Shown here piece after piece: positions 1 through 14,109 of a stretch of DNA of 64,000 nt. The notes below the pieces were generated by a model. It was given only the letters and a program-made list of their open reading frames with translations, was not told the origin of the DNA and made no database searches. The stretch is from Octopus sinensis. Taxonomy: Eukaryota. Positions within the stretch are counted from its first letter, which is position 1. The number at the start of each line of letters is the position of its first letter. The DNA lies in the NCBI RefSeq assembly GCF_006345805.1, contig NC_043002.1:110856001-110920000 (forward strand), given 5' to 3'. The position numbers were made by a program, and so were the translations under genes.

Positions 1-154
1 AACAGCCAAATCCCCTACTATCTTAAATAAATAAGGATATATTGAACAGTGTAGTCCCTGATATACATAATGATGGTGTCATCATGGCTGGAATTTGATC
101 ATAGATTTGTTCAGTCAGAGCTGATATGGACCTCTCACCTTCTGCTATTCCTTT

Positions 155-400
155 TGCTATGTAAACGTCTCACCTAGCCTCCCTTCTGGCTCCCTGATAA
201 TGCTTCCACCATTTTTTTCCAGTCATTCCAAGCCTGTCTCTTTGCTTTTATAGCACTGTCCACCTCCTTGTTTCACCACCTTAGCCTAGCTGGGACTTTG
301 CACCAGCCACAGATTTGGTCTGCAGCCCCCAGTAAAATGTCCTGCAGGAACTTACAGTTGTCCTCTTTCAGTATTTTACACTTCTTATGACATCATAATA
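155..400 (-). mobile_element. RTE-clade LINE fragment (endonuclease-RT linker), degenerate
   Basis: Minus strand reads ICGWCKVPARLRW*NKEVDSAIKAKRQAW, homologous to WCKVPSRPKITWWWNNVVDRAIRQKKQAW of the RTE at ~51100-51200. Confidence 0.75.
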
Positions 401-432
401 TTCTATTCTATTCAACTCTTGTTTAATCTCAG

Positions 433-486
433 GTTAACCCTCATTGTCCTGATCTTATGATCAATGGTGCTCTATTCTCTCTCAGT
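433..486 (+). other. Candidate 54-nt symmetric exon (VNPHCPDLMINGALFSLS)
   Basis: Pyrimidine-rich acceptor ...caactcttgtttaatctcAG (431-432) and donor GTgagt (487-492); only phase 0 is open; no recognisable homology. Confidence 0.2.
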
Positions 487-983
487 GTGAGTATGTGGTT
501 TGTGGGGTCAACCACGTCCTCCGCTTCATTTTTTGTTATTCACTCATTCTCATTTAATTGTATATATTTTAATTGTTTGTTTATTCATATGTTTCATCTC
601 ATTCGATACCCTGACCCCAACGTTTGTTTTGTCCCCTCTTTTTCTCAACCTTATGGTGAATAAAGAAATACTCTCTCTCTCTCTCTCTCTTCGTGCAGTT
701 AATGTTGGAGTGAAAGGACTGAATGGATAAGCTATCAGACTACCTACCCAAGTGTCATGAGTTCAAGTCTGATGCTAATTTGTCATTGTATTTTCAAATA
801 ACATTTTATTTTAGCTGTTGGTGATATATACCAGACCATCTGAGAATCTTACCTGCAATATATCTTATCTATAATACTCTAATCAAAGGTGAAGATATAC
901 CAAATTTATGTCCAAGCCAATCTTCAATGTACTACAATCACCACTTTTGCACCTAAAAATCAGTAATATATTTTATCATCTTA

Positions 984-1308
984 TACTCTTTTACTCTTTA
1001 CTCTTTTACTTGTTTCAGTCATTTGACTGCGGCCATGCTGGAGCACCGCCTTTAGTCGAGCAAATCGACCCCGGGACTTATTCCTTGTAAGCCCAGTACT
1101 TATTCTATCGGTCTCTTTTGCCGAACCGCTAAGTGATGGGAACGTAAACACACCAGCATCGGTTGTCAAGCAATGCTAGGGGAACAAACACAGACACACA
1201 AGCACACACACACATACATATATACGACAGGCTTCTTTCAGTTTCCGTCTACCAAATCCACTCACAAGGCATTGGTCGGCCCGGGGCTATAGCAGAAGAC
1301 ACTTGCCC
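984..1308 (-). mobile_element. SINE family A, 5'-truncated
   Basis: Matches family A body and (AAAAGAGT)n tail; tRNA head missing. Confidence 0.9.
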
Positions 1309-1559
1309 TTTTTACAATACATATAAATATATTGGTCCGCTTTAATTTTGCTCCTTATGTTTTGGCATTGAATTTCTTGCATCGTAATTCAGTGGGGGGG
1401 TGAGCTCAGAATTTAGAATTCCGAAACTGAAGACCCATGACTTAAATTACATAAAGCATTAATCCGGATGCTGTAATCAATTCCACCGTCTGCTACCCAT
1501 TGCTATCTAATTGAAATAATTAGTTGAAAACTTGTCAGCTAATAGTTAAAAAAGAAAAC

Positions 1560-1782
1560 ATTAAAAATTTTAAAGGAAAAAGACAGCATTTTACATGCAA
1601 AACTTTGCTCCGGTGATGGTGATACGAAGCTGCCTGCTTTCCTATATTGTTTTATCTGCTGCCAAATTTATTTTATTTATTTATTTACTTTTTTAATTTG
1701 TTCACATCTTGTTTTTTTTTTTTGTGTTTTGTGTTTGGTTTTGTTGCTGATCCTGCATCGCCTCTTCTTTTCCCCTTTCACA
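1560..1782 (-). other. Candidate terminal exon of a minus-strand host gene (lower boundary arbitrary)
   Basis: Very strong minus-strand acceptor ctctttcacttttttacctcctttcAG (AG at 1784-1783) followed by TGTGA and UTR-like A-rich sequence. Confidence 0.3.
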
Positions 1783-1989
1783 CTGAAAGGAGGTAAAAAA
1801 GTGAAAGAGGTGGGTAGCAGGTTGAAACATGACATGAAAAGTGACCTGTTTCAATGAAGTGACTTGCTGTCACAGAGTTCTTTGACTCATCAACAATTTT
1901 GATTTGTTATCCCCCTGTCTATTGTTGCATCGGCATCACTTGGCAGAATTTAACATTTCTTTGGAGTTGTTCTTTGTACTTTACTCCCT

Positions 1990-2195
1990 TTTTTTTCTTT
2001 CTTTTTCCCTCAGTTTTTATTTCTGTCATTCTTTCCTTATTTTGCTCCATTATTTATTTATGTTTTCATCTTTGTCTGTCATTCTTTTTATCTTTTTTTT
2101 CTTTCTTTTTCCCTCAGTTTTTATTTCTGTCATTCTTTCCTTATTTTGCTCCATTATTTATTTATGTTTTCATCTTTGTCTGTCATTCTTTTTAT
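1990..2195. repeat. Tandem duplication of a ~103-bp pyrimidine-rich unit
   Basis: ttccctcagtttttatttctgtcattctttccttattttgctccattatttatttatgttttcatctttgtctgtcattc occurs twice in tandem. Confidence 0.85.
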
Positions 2196-2393
2196 CTTTT
2201 TTTTCTTTCTTTCTAATTTACTTTCTAACTCTTTCCTTCTTTCCTTCTGGTTCTCTGTCTTTTTTTTCTTTTCGCTTTTTCTATCTCATCTTTTGGAATA
2301 TCTCAGCAACATTTTTTTTTTTTCATGATTTATTTTTAAATATTAAATTTGTTGTTACCATCATCAGTAATATTAGTGTAGGTGGTGTTGCTT

Positions 2394-2394
<1 letters not shown>

Positions 2395-2449
<55 letters not shown>
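2395..2449. repeat. (GA)n microsatellite
   Basis: Direct inspection. Confidence 0.95.
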
Positions 2450-2453
<4 letters not shown>

Positions 2454-3024
2454 TAGTGATGGTGATGGATGAGGAGTGATGTTCATGGTAGAGATGGTGG
2501 TAAAAGTTAAAGCAGAAAAGCAGAGAGCTTTATCTGGCACATTGTTAGAAACAATTCTGAAAAATCTAATTAAATAAATAAAATACAAAAAAAAGCAACA
2601 ATATAGCAAATATGTAAAAAAAAAAAAAAATTGGAAATAAAAATCTAAAATTCAAGAACTTTGAAAATTGTATGAGATATAAAGTTCCCTCCATGAGGAA
2701 CCATTGTTTGAAGGAATCCATGCAAAAAATGTGTATTGTCTTTGGCAGATTTGTATGGTGCTGGCTTCTCATTATGCTGCAGATTTCAACCCTTTCTTTC
2801 TTACAAAGTTTAATGTTATCCTATTGTAATGTTTAAATACTGTGTGTCTCTTGGTTTTAGAATAAGTACATTGTGTGTCTTGGTTTTAGAATAAATACAC
2901 TGTGTCCTGACATGTTTTAAGAAGCGACTAAAGAAGCTAGCAACAGGAAGGTGCTGCAAGCTGTAAAGCGCTACCTCAGAAAACTAGTCCGATTTATGTA
3001 ATCATGGAAAAACAAACATCAAAT

Positions 3025-3501
3025 CATCATCGTCATCATCATCATCATCATTTAGCGTCCGCTTTCCATGCTAGCATGGGTTGGACGGTTCAACTGGGGT
3101 CTGTGAAGCCAGAAGGCTGCATCAAGGCCCAGTCTGATCTGGCAATGTTTCTACGGCTGGATGCCCTTCCTAACGCCAACCACTCCGTGAGTGTAGTGGG
3201 TGCTTTTTACGTGCCACCCGCACAGGTGCCAGACGGAGCTGGCAAACAGCCACGGATGGATGGTGCTTTTTACGTGCCACCGGCACAAGGCCAGTCGGGG
3301 CGGCACTGGCAATGGTCATGAACGGATGGTTCTCTTACGTGCCACCGGCACTGGTAACTCAGCTGCAATTTCCATTGATCGATTTCGATTCTGATCCTCA
3401 CTTGCCTCAACAGGTCTTCACAAGTAGAGTTTTGTGTCCCAAGAAGGGAAGGTATGCATACGTGGGCTGGCTACATCCCATGTAGAAGGCCACGGGTTAT
3501 G
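3025..3501 (-). mobile_element. RTE 3'UTR-only copy with (GAT)n tail
   Basis: Reverse complement of 53135-53677; contains ggatgcccttcctaacgccaacc and internal ggcacgtaaaaagcacc units. Confidence 0.85.
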
Positions 3502-4229
3502 ATGACAATTACTGTAACAAATTTTTAATCCCATTTTTGGCTCTGATCAAGGGCTTTCAAGCTAATATGATACCCATCTTACTTTTGGGAATTGCGTATC
3601 TTGAGATATATGACCCAATGTGGTTTTTCTTTTTCTTTTTTTCCTGTTAGGCAGTGAGGTATATTCAGCTGCTATTACTAGTAGGCTTCTTTGTTAAATG
3701 TTATCACTTTGCTTCTGATCACCCACAATCAATTGATCAATGACATTCCATTAGTGACCCCTCTATCTATTTCTTTCTCTTTCTACAGACAATCTATGTA
3801 GAACACTATATAATGAGTTCATTGTTTTAAAAAAGAACAGTATTTAAGACAACCTTGTAAAGCAGAGATCGGCAATTTCATTCCATAATGGTATATTTTT
3901 GATCTTTTTTCTTTTCATCATCCAAAGGTGCATTATATCATATCTTATGTATAAAAATATCTTTCCATTACTGACAATACTTATGTAGTAAAAATTAAAC
4001 AAATCATGGCACAAAAGATTATCTAAATGTCTAATGACCCCAAATACATTAAATTTGAAAAGCTTTTAGAAGAGGTCCCTGGCCCTTTTGAGGGCTGTTG
4101 CCTGCTTGTTAGAAATCCTTGACATAGAGCTTCTGCAATAGCTCAGTCTTCCTATCATTTTTGATGTAGAGTGCAGAATCAATAGAGTTGCAAACAAAAT
4201 AACTTGTGTAGTTTAGACAAGACCCTTAG

Positions 4230-4806
4230 CCCCTTAACATTTACACTGGACATATCCAACCCAAATATGCTACGGGATTTAGGTTCTAACCAGCTGGATC
4301 CGGCCTATCACACCTACCCTACAATGTCGTTCTAAAAATATACAATCACATCATCAAAATTTCAAAGTTTTCAGATAATGCAGGATTAATTAAACACATT
4401 TGACAGAGGAGCGGCTGTGTGGTAAGTAGCTTGCTAACCAACCACATGGTTCCGGGTTCAGTCCCACTGCGTGGCACCTTGGGTTAGTGTCTTCTGCTAT
4501 AGCCCCGGGCCGACCAATGCCTTGTGAGTGGATTTGGTAGACGGAAACTGAAAGAAGCCTGTCGTATATATGTATATGTATGTGTGTGTGTTTGTGTGTC
4601 TGTGTTTGTCCCCCTAGCATTGCTTGACAACCGATGCTGGTGTGTTTACGTCCCCGTCACTTAGCGGTTCAGCAAAAGAGACCGATAGAATAAGTACTGG
4701 GCTTTCAAAGAATAAGTCCCGGGGTCGAGTTGCTCGACTAAAGGCAGTGCTCCAGCATGACTGAAACAAGTAAAAGAGTAAAAAGAGTAATCTAAATACT
4801 AAAGTG
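4230..4806. mobile_element. Degenerate piggyBac-type MITE interrupted by a SINE A copy
   Basis: Decayed terminal inverted repeats ttag|ccccttaacatt ... aatactaaagtg|ttaa; SINE A inserted at ~4403. Confidence 0.4.
4403..4789 (+). mobile_element. SINE family A (tRNA-derived)
   Basis: tRNA-like head with A box (ggctgtgtgg) and B box (ggttcagtccc), internal TA/TG microsatellite, (AAAAGAGT)n tail. Confidence 0.92.
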
Positions 4807-5374
4807 TTAATGTTCTGAGTTCAAATTCCATTGAAGATTTGAACCCAGACAGCTGGGATAAAAGCCAGAATGTATTTTATCCAATACTCCAACTCCTCTG
4901 CCAATTCACAACCTTCCTTCATTACCTGTTCTTCCTTTTTAAAAACGAACAGGTAATGTGGTCATAGATATACAAAAGGATAGAATGGTCACAATGAAAT
5001 GCTGTTGATTGTAGATCTAAGTGAATCAGAGCTTTCCTGATACTAAACTACAACAAATGGCTTTTGGGGTACCTTTGGTGGACATTAGTCTATTATGTAC
5101 AATCCTGTCCCTCACCATGCTATCTCTGCAGACATTTACCAAGTTGATGTTCAAATTAATGCTCAGCCCCATCAATATCACCTGCTTGAATGAACCAACA
5201 AATGTCACTTCTTGTCTTTTGACCAACTCACTTTAAAAATATTTGTAGTTCAATCTCTGCCAAATCAGTCGGGATCAAGGAAAAGAAATAGCGAATGATA
5301 TACAGAAGTTCATTCATTTTACACCCTCCCTCTACAACTTTATGGCCTTATTTTGATAAGTAAAAATGAATGTA

Positions 5375-5572
5375 TACTCTTTTTACTCTTTTACTTGTTT
5401 CAGTCATTTGAAAGCGGCCATGCTGGAGTACCACCTTTAGTCGAGCAAATCGACCCCGGGACTTATTCTTTGTAAGCCTAGTACTTATTCTATCGGTCTC
5501 TTTTGCCGAACCGCTAAGTAACGGGGACGTAAACACACCAGCATCGGTTGTCAAGCAATGCTAGGGGGACAA

Positions 5573-5603
<31 letters not shown>

Positions 5604-5774
5604 CATATATACGACAGGCTTCTTTCAGTTTCCGTCTACCAAATCCACTCACAAGGCATTGGTCGGCCTGGGGCTATAGCAGAAGACACTTGCCCAAGAT
5701 GCCACGCAGTGGGACTGAACCCGGAACCATGTGGTTGGTTAGCAAGCTACTTACCACACAGCCACTCCTGCGCC
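5375..5774 (-). mobile_element. SINE family A, full length
   Basis: High similarity to the other copies; head ggcgcaggagtggctgtgtgg on the minus strand. Confidence 0.95.
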
Positions 5775-6138
5775 TCTTATGTTCTAAGCTAAAGCATTAA
5801 AGCACACCTTTTTAAGGAACAGGTCTTCTCTTGAATTTTGTTCTTTTTAGATCTGGCTAAACAAAAACTAAAAATCCTGAATGCTCTCAACGCTTTAAAC
5901 ATACATTGGAAATAGTTGACTGATTACAAAAATAATTCATTTAGAGTAAATTATGTAAATTAGTTATTTTGGAAATAAAAGCATGTTTTCTGAAAAAAAT
6001 GTTATTTTATTTGTTTATATTTTTGTGTAATATTTTATGAAGCTCAAATTGAATCATCTCCTGGATGACTTGGATCAACTCAAGATTTTCAGTATCTGTC
6101 AGAAGCAAAGCATCAAAAATATAGTCAGCTCATATTTA

Positions 6139-6639
6139 CTAGCAGTATCGCCCGGCGTTGCTCGGGTTTGTAAGGGAAATAACTATATAAGCATTTTTAG
6201 AGAGTTATAGCCAAAAAATAGCAAAAAAATGCATTAAAAATGAAAAAAAAATGATGGTAAATTTTTTTTTAAATCGTTGATTCATCGTAGACATTTTTAG
6301 AGAGTTACTTCCCTTATATAATAGCGAAAAAATGCATTAAAAATGGAAAAAAAATGATGGTAAATTTTTTTTTAAATCGTTGACTCATCGTAGACATTTT
6401 TAGAGAGTTACTTCCCTTATATAATAGCGAAAAAATGCATTAAAATGGAAAAAATTGATGGTAAATTTTTTTTTAAATCGTAGACTCATTGTAGATGTGC
6501 GCTAATACCCAGAAGGGCTCGATATGATTCACAACTATAAGATACCCGGTTTTGGTTAACCTGCACCGCAAAATGTGGGAGTAGTTAGTAATCTAAATCG
6601 TAGGAGACAGACACACAACTTCTCTTTTATATATAAAGA
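6139..6639 (-). mobile_element. Non-autonomous Helitron (3 internal ~100-bp units)
   Basis: 5' TC, 3' CTAG, subterminal hairpin cccgagcaacgccggg, inserted between A and T with no TSD. Confidence 0.9.
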
Positions 6640-7113
6640 TATCCAATTTAAGTATTTATAAACTTGGGCAATCTCAAGCATGGTTGCTACTATTAGAATA
6701 TAACCACTTGGAGTCAATGATAGGAATCTCTTGAAATCTCCCTCAAATCATGTCCAGCTGTCTTGACAGAAGAATGTACACACATTGGCCTACGTAGCAA
6801 TTCCTGGTAACAGTATGATGGTCATGGCTGAAATACTGGTACATAGGTTTGACTTGGTACAAATCAATATAAGTACATTTCTTTCGGTATGAATTACATT
6901 TTCTCATCTCTCTGTCTTTCTCACTCCCTTCCTCTTTCTTCTTTCCTTTCTTTCTTTTCACTTTCTTTCTTCCTCCGTCTTTTATTGTTTTATCAACCAA
7001 TTTACCATTCATATGGCAACAGCAACTGTTGTTGCTGTTGCTGTTGCTACTATTGTAGTTGTTGCATTAATTTTTATTATGATACAAATACCCTGCCACC
7101 CACCCACTGATTA

Positions 7114-7150
<37 letters not shown>

Positions 7151-8427
7151 CTTCTCTTTCCTTCTTCTTTCTTTATTTTATTTCAAACTAATTTATTATT
7201 CATTACATTACGGATTGTGTTACTGGTAGTTGTTATTTTCATTGTCGTTATTATTGCAGTTATTATTGTTATCGTCATTTATTTGTTGTTGTTGTTGTTG
7301 TTGTTGTTGTTGCTACATTAATTCCTATTATCATATAAAATACACCCCTCTCTATCTTTTTCTTGCTTTCATTTAAAAAAATTTTTTTTTTTTTGAAATA
7401 TAAAAAGAAAACTATTACATTAACAATTGTTACTACTGTTATTGTTGTTGTTACTGCTGTACAAGCTCTCTTTATCATACAAATTCACTCTATCTTTACT
7501 CCTGCCCTCTCACCTCAACTCTATCCTTATTTTTTTTTCATTTTAAACCAATTAACTATTCATATTGTCCCAATTGTTGTTATTTGTTTCAGTTCTTGTT
7601 ACTTTCATTATACAACAGTTTTTTTTCCTTATTTCAATCATTTTATTATATCAAGGACCACCAAAAACATCCATGATTCCTTTACATCACCACCACCACT
7701 ACCACCACCACCACCAACTATCAGATGCATCCTTACTGCTATTACAATCACCACCACTGTGACTATTACCACTAAAGTAACTAATCCTATCTCCACAACT
7801 ACTAATACAACCATCACCAATATGATTATCACAGCCTTCATCACTACTACTGCTACCATCACCATCAATACCCACCATCACTCTTATCACCCCTACCACC
7901 TAAACCCCTTCCGTCACTACCACCACCACCACCACTACCATTACTGCTATTGCCACTATGACAAACTAATGTGGGAGGTATTTGGCAACCTTCAACCAAT
8001 AGCAGCCAAATCTTGCTCAAATTATATCCAACAGTTTTAAAATAGAAAATACTTTGGAAATTAAAAATACACTACTAAAAAATAAAGTACAGGATGGTCA
8101 TGGCTGGAATATTTTTGATCATAAGTCTGTTCAAGCATGACTTGCCTGAGGCAAAACAACAATAATAATTGGAACAATAGTGATAATGGTTTGATTTAGG
8201 CACGAGGACAGTAATCCTGAGGTGAGGAAGTTAGTTGATTATATCAACCTCAGTATATGACTGGTATGTAAAGCAAAGTCATTCGCAGAGGCATTTGAAC
8301 TCAAAACATAGTGTAGGGCAACTAAATGCCACAGAGCATTGTGGTCAACATTCTAACAATTTTGCCACTCCACAACACATAAATAATAATTGTTTCATAG
8401 AGGCACATGAAGAAGGTTAAATTAATA

Positions 8428-8800
8428 TAATAATAATAATAATGAAATTATTGTATACAGGTGCATCACAACTTGTCAGAGTATATGCAGTAATGTACAA
8501 ATGTCTGGAAAGCAAACAATGCATGAGTCAGATACATGCTTGTGTATATATGGAGGGGAGAAAATCAGGTGTAGTGTTGGCGAATCTCAGAAAGCATGGA
8601 AGTTTTGAAGGATGCAATGCTCTCACAACTAACAACTGATGCTGGCAGTTTGTTCCATGCTTCAGCAACTCTCAGCATGAAAAAATGTTTCCTGAAGTCA
8701 TGGGAGCTGTGCTGTTTTCTTACTTTGTAAATATGTCCACGGGTGTTAGATGGGTGGAGTTTGAAAAGGTGCTCAGAGTTATTGTTTGTACGATGGTTGA
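8428..8800 (-). mobile_element. CR1-clade LINE 3' end (family 1), degenerate
   Basis: Homologous to 42557-43165; (ATT)n tail. Confidence 0.85.
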
Positions 8801-9314
8801 TTCCAATCCTTCACCAGAACTTCATTTTATTGACCTTGAAAGAATGAAAAGCAAAGTCATCCTGATAGGATTTGAACTCAGAGTGTAAATAGTCATAACT
8901 AAATACTACAAGTATTTTGTCAAACACTCTTCCAACTCAGCCAACAATAATACTAATTTGTTTTATCTAGGAATATGGTAAAATCTGATAACGTGAGAAT
9001 GTTATCAGTAATCGATTTGACCCTCATATTTTCTAAATTTCGAATGAAGTGAAGGAATGAAACTAAATCCTGCAAGGCATTTAATCCAATGTTTTACTTT
9101 TTCTGCAAACAATTCACCATTTTTAAAAATAAAACAATTATAATGACATTCTACGTTGGTACAAGGACTCAAATCTCAATAGAAAATTGGATAAACACCA
9201 GTTCATAATTGATATTTATTTTATTGAGTGTTGTTTCTATACTATCAGTTCAATGAACAACCTCTGTTGACTTCTTTGATAAGTGCTATGTGTTTGATAT
9301 GGAATTTTCATGTG

Positions 9315-9446
9315 AGGAAGGGAATCCAGCCGTAGAAACACTGCCAGATCAGACTGGGCCTGATGCAGCCTTCTGGCTTCACAGACCCCAGTTGAACCGT
9401 CCAACCCATGCTAGCATGGAAAGCGGACACTAAATGATGATGATGA
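9315..9446 (+). mobile_element. RTE 3' end fragment with (GAT)n tail
   Basis: aggaagggaatccagccgtagaaac...ccaacccatgctagcatggaaagcggac...gatgatgatg. Confidence 0.85.
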
Positions 9447-10474
9447 ATACAAAAACAATTTCTAGCTGCTTCCCTCCTGGTACTTTTTATATTTTCCAAG
9501 GTACCTTCTTGTCAGCTAGATTCAGATAAATTCATCACAACTGCCTTTGCATTCAGATCACAAAGAACCAGAACAAATGCCACAAACTATTGCTCTAACA
9601 ATTCTGCTAATCAGTCCATTGCTCTGGAGTGGCCATTTGTTATATTGACCTGGAAGGATGAAAGGCAAAGTTGATCATAGCAGGATTTGAACTCTGAACA
9701 TAAAGAGTAGGAACAAATACCATAAAACAGCATTTTGTCTGACAGTCCAATGGTTCTGCTGATTTTCCACCTTATTTAGTTTTAAGGGGATGAAAGGCTA
9801 AGTCAAATTAAGTCAAATTTCAACTCAAATTATCATCATCATTCATCATTATCATCATTCAGCATCCATTTTCCAGGCTGACATGGGCTGGATTCTGGCA
9901 TCATTCTCACAATGAATATTTGTCTGATGCTATGCTGATTCTGCCATCCCACTGAAGAGTTCCCATTAACAATGCTAGGTACTTTCCATTAGAGGTACAA
10001 GGGTTAGTATTTGTAATAGGAGCAAATGAATTGATTGATATAACCCAAGTACATTAATTTATTTTATCGATACTAGAAAAAGGAAAAGCAAAAAAGTAAT
10101 GATGACAAAATTTGAAATCAAATCATAAAAGTATATAAACGAAAAAAACCTCACAAAATATTTTTGTTTTATCATCCAATGTTGTACCTTCTCGCCTATC
10201 TGGAAACAATAGTAACTTAATCTTTTTCATGAAAAAATTGCTGTATTGACTGAATCAAACCTAATATATTAATATTTTACTGACACCTAAAGGATGAAAA
10301 GCAAATACAATTCTCAGAGGATTTGAATTTAAAATGCATTAAGACAAAATTAAGTAAAGCATCCAATTATTGACATATTTGTTGTCATTTAGCCACAGGT
10401 CAGACCATCTCAATTAGACCTTATGATGAAAGGTATTCTTGCATTACCATCCTACATTTGTTTTTTAAACATAA

Positions 10475-10873
10475 CTAGCAGTATCGCCCGGCGTTGCTCG
10501 GGTTTGTAAGGGAAATAACTATATAAGCATTTTTAGAGAGTTATAGCCAAAAAAATAGCAAAAAAATGCATTAAAAATGGAAAAAAAATGATGGTAAATT
10601 TTTTTTTAAATCGTTGACTCATCGTAGACATTTTTAGAGAGTTACTTCCCTTATATAATAGCGAAAAAATGCATTAAAATGGGAAAAAATGATGGTAAAT
10701 TATTTTTTAAATCGTAGACTCATCGTAGACACGCGCTAATACCCAGAAGACCTCGATATGAATCATGACTATAAGATACCCGGTTTTGGTTAAACTGCAC
10801 TGCAAAATGTGGGAGTAGTTAGGAATCTAAATCGTAGGAGACAGACACACAACCTCACTTTTATATATAAAGA
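10475..10873 (-). mobile_element. Non-autonomous Helitron (2 internal units)
   Basis: Same TC...hairpin-CTAG ends, A|T insertion. Confidence 0.9.
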
Positions 10874-11416
10874 TGTACCTAAGTGTCCCTCCTTGATTAA
10901 AAGTGTGATTTGAGGGAAATTTGGTTGTTATTTTGCAGGGGAACAACCATGTAAAGGTTTCCTTGTTGACTCTTAAAGCACTTTGTTTTTGTTGTTGTTG
11001 TTTAACTTCAGGTCAGCCCTAATCAAGCAGACCTATGTTCATTCAAATATGTTCCTTCTGTGATCAGCATTTTTCTTAGCTCTTCTTTTGTTTTCTTCTT
11101 TTAAAACAGCTAAGGTGTGATATGAAGGAGGATTTGGCAGCTATTTCCGGCATCTCCAGTGACCATCTAGAGTCTTTCTCATTGGCTAGTAACACATTTT
11201 ATTCTTCTGCCTGTGGCTGTTAATCTATCTTAGAAACTGAAAAAACAATTTATATTACTTCATCTTTTGAAAAGGAAAAAAAATTATTTTAAATATTCCA
11301 GGTCACCAAGTGTATGGCTTTCTTCAGAAAAATTATTTTTAATTCTAGAGAATACTCTCTGTCTTTCTTTCTACTTTTCTTTTTCGTTCTTTATTCTTTT
11401 TTTTTTTACTCCATCT

Positions 11417-11419
11417 GTT

Positions 11420-11452
<33 letters not shown>

Positions 11453-11465
11453 ATCTATCTCTATC

Positions 11466-11498
<33 letters not shown>

Positions 11499-11505
11499 AT
11501 CTCTA

Positions 11506-11562
<57 letters not shown>

Positions 11563-11607
11563 ATCTCTATCTCTCTCACTATCTCTCTCTCTATCTCTCT
11601 ATCTCTA

Positions 11608-11664
<57 letters not shown>

Positions 11665-11688
11665 ATCTATCTCTCTCTCTCTCTCTCT

Positions 11689-11740
<52 letters not shown>
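11417..11740. repeat. (CT)n/(CTAT)n compound microsatellite
   Basis: Direct inspection. Confidence 0.95.
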
Positions 11741-11743
<3 letters not shown>

Positions 11744-12919
11744 CTCATGTTTATGTAATCTTCGCACTCTTATTTCATCTCTCTCTCTCTCTCTTCTTCA
11801 GCTTCACTACCTTTACTTTCCTCTTCCAATCCTTTTATTTCCTCCTGTCCTTCCTATTTCTTTTTACTTCATATCTCTCTTTTTTTCTCAATCTAATTTT
11901 TCTTCTATCTTTTTTTCACCCTTAATTCTCACCCCCACCCCAATCTCTCTCTCTTACTTTATATATCACTCTTTTAAATCTCTCATTTGCTACAACTATC
12001 TTATTCATTTCCTTTCTCTCTTTATCACTCATCCCCCCTCTTTCTATTATGTGCTTCCCCCCACCCCCACATCTCTCTCTCTCTCTCTCTCTCAACACTT
12101 CTCTTTCGACTCTACGCTTTGTTTTACTTTCACTTTTACTCCTCTTTAACTACTTCACTCCCTTCCCCCTTCCCCCCTCCCTTCCTATTCTACCCTCTCC
12201 TTCACTACCCACTTTCTAAAGCATTCCTTTATTCATAAAACTAACCGCTCTCATGCCTTATCATTTCCTTCCTCCTCTCCCCCCCGACCTCGGATACTTT
12301 ATATTTGAAGAATATTAATTTTAACAAATTTAATAAAATAAAATACATTGTTAAGGGGATAATTTTTTCAGTCTATCAACATCCCTTTCATTGCCATCTT
12401 CTCTTATAAAAACAAGAATATCACAAACAACAACAACAATAACACCATCATATTCATCCTCATCGTTGTCATCATTACCATTATTATTGTTGTTGTTGTT
12501 GTAATTATTATTATTTTGGCAGAATCATTAGAGTATTGCAAAAAATGCCTTGTAGAATTTGTTATGGCTGTTTCCATTCTGAGTTCAAATTCTGCTAAGA
12601 TCAACTTTGCTTTTCATCCCTATTTCTTTTTTGACAACAACAACAACACCAGCAATAACAGCAGCAACAACAACAATAACAAGAGGGAACGGCACCATTA
12701 ATGGTAATGTTTGTTGTGGGAATCATCGGTGGGTATTCAACTTCGATTACTAAGGTTAATAAAGCAACTGAGTCAAGAAAGTGACTGAGTATAAAACATC
12801 AAATGAGTTCAGGGGAGAGAGCTGTACAATCATGGATATGACCCTGGCTAAAAGAAGAAAAATATGATTACAGCTGTAACAGAAGATAAATCGAAGATGT
12901 TCTAGTATTCTATTATATA

Positions 12920-13418
12920 CTAGCAGTATCGCCCGGCATTGCTCGGGTTTGTAAGGGAAATAACTATATAAGCATTTTTAGAGAGTTAGAGCCAAAAAAT
13001 AGCAAAAAAATGCATTAAAAATGGAAAAAAAATGATGGTAAATTTTTTTAAAAATCGTTAACTCATCGTAGACATTTTTAGAGAGTTACTTCCCTTATAT
13101 AATAGCGAAAAATGCATTAAAATGGAAAAAAATTATGGTAAATTATTTTTAAAATCGTAGACTCATCCTAGACACTTTTAGAGAGTTACTTCCCTTATAT
13201 AATAGCGAAAAAAATGCATTAAAATGGAAAAAAATGATGGTAAATTATTTTTAAAATCGTAGACTCACTGTAGACGCACGCTAATACCCAGAAGGGCTCG
13301 ATATGAATCACGACTATAAGATACCCGCTTTTGGTTAAACTGCACCGCAAAATGTGGGAGTAGTTAGGAATCTAAATCGTAGGAGACAGACACACAACTT
13401 CACTTTTATATATAAAGA
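12920..13418 (-). mobile_element. Non-autonomous Helitron (3 internal units)
   Basis: Same termini as 6139-6639. Confidence 0.9.
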
Positions 13419-13697
13419 TTAGCAGAAAGCTTACAGTCCATCAATACAAATGCATTATAAAAAATTCATGTCAGCTGTAAAAATAGAGCCGCTTTGCTTT
13501 CTAATGGATCCTGGCAATCTGTCATAGGATCTGTAGATATATAAATGACAATAAATAATAATAATAATGTTTCCTTCTCTATGTAATTCATCTTTTGTTG
13601 ATCTATTTGACAGAGAGGCAGATACTTTTAGCACAATACTATTGTTATGATGTTATCAAAGCTATAGTATCAACACTTAAAATATAGCAAAGATGAT

Positions 13698-13848
13698 GGA
13701 GGCACTCTGTCGGTTACGACGACGAGGGTTCCGGTTGATCCGAATCAACGGAACAGCCTGCTCGTGAAATAACGTGTAAGTGGCTGAGCACTCCACAGAC
13801 ACGTGTACCCTTAACGTAGTCTCGGGGATATCAGCGTGACACAGAGAT
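13698..13848 (-). mobile_element. SINE family D 3' fragment
   Basis: Reverse complement of the 3' part of 35369-35756. Confidence 0.85.
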
Positions 13849-14109
13849 AACTGGGATTTGGTCTTTGTCTTCTATTATGATTCAATTCACATCTAGGATG
13901 CTTTGTGAGAATAGCTTAAAATGACCCCAGTACTCAGCTGGTATCTTATATTTTATCTGACCTTGCATTACCTTGGCAACATTTGAACTCGGTATGTAAA
14001 AGGTCAAAGCAAACAATATGAAGAATTTTTCCTGGTACTCAAGCAATTCTGCTGATCCACCATCTGAAGACATGGGATGACTATGATGTTGATGATGGTG
14101 ATGAGTATA

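Noticed and set aside
840-870. Possible recursive splice site tgcAG|GTaaga on the minus strand
   Set aside because: No polypyrimidine tract; all upstream exon frames are closed
2670-2832. Signal-peptide-like plus-strand ORF (MQKMCIVFGRFVWCWLL...) and a DLYGAG motif reminiscent of P450
   Set aside because: No convincing donor or partner exons; the P450 motif does not continue to (E/D)TT
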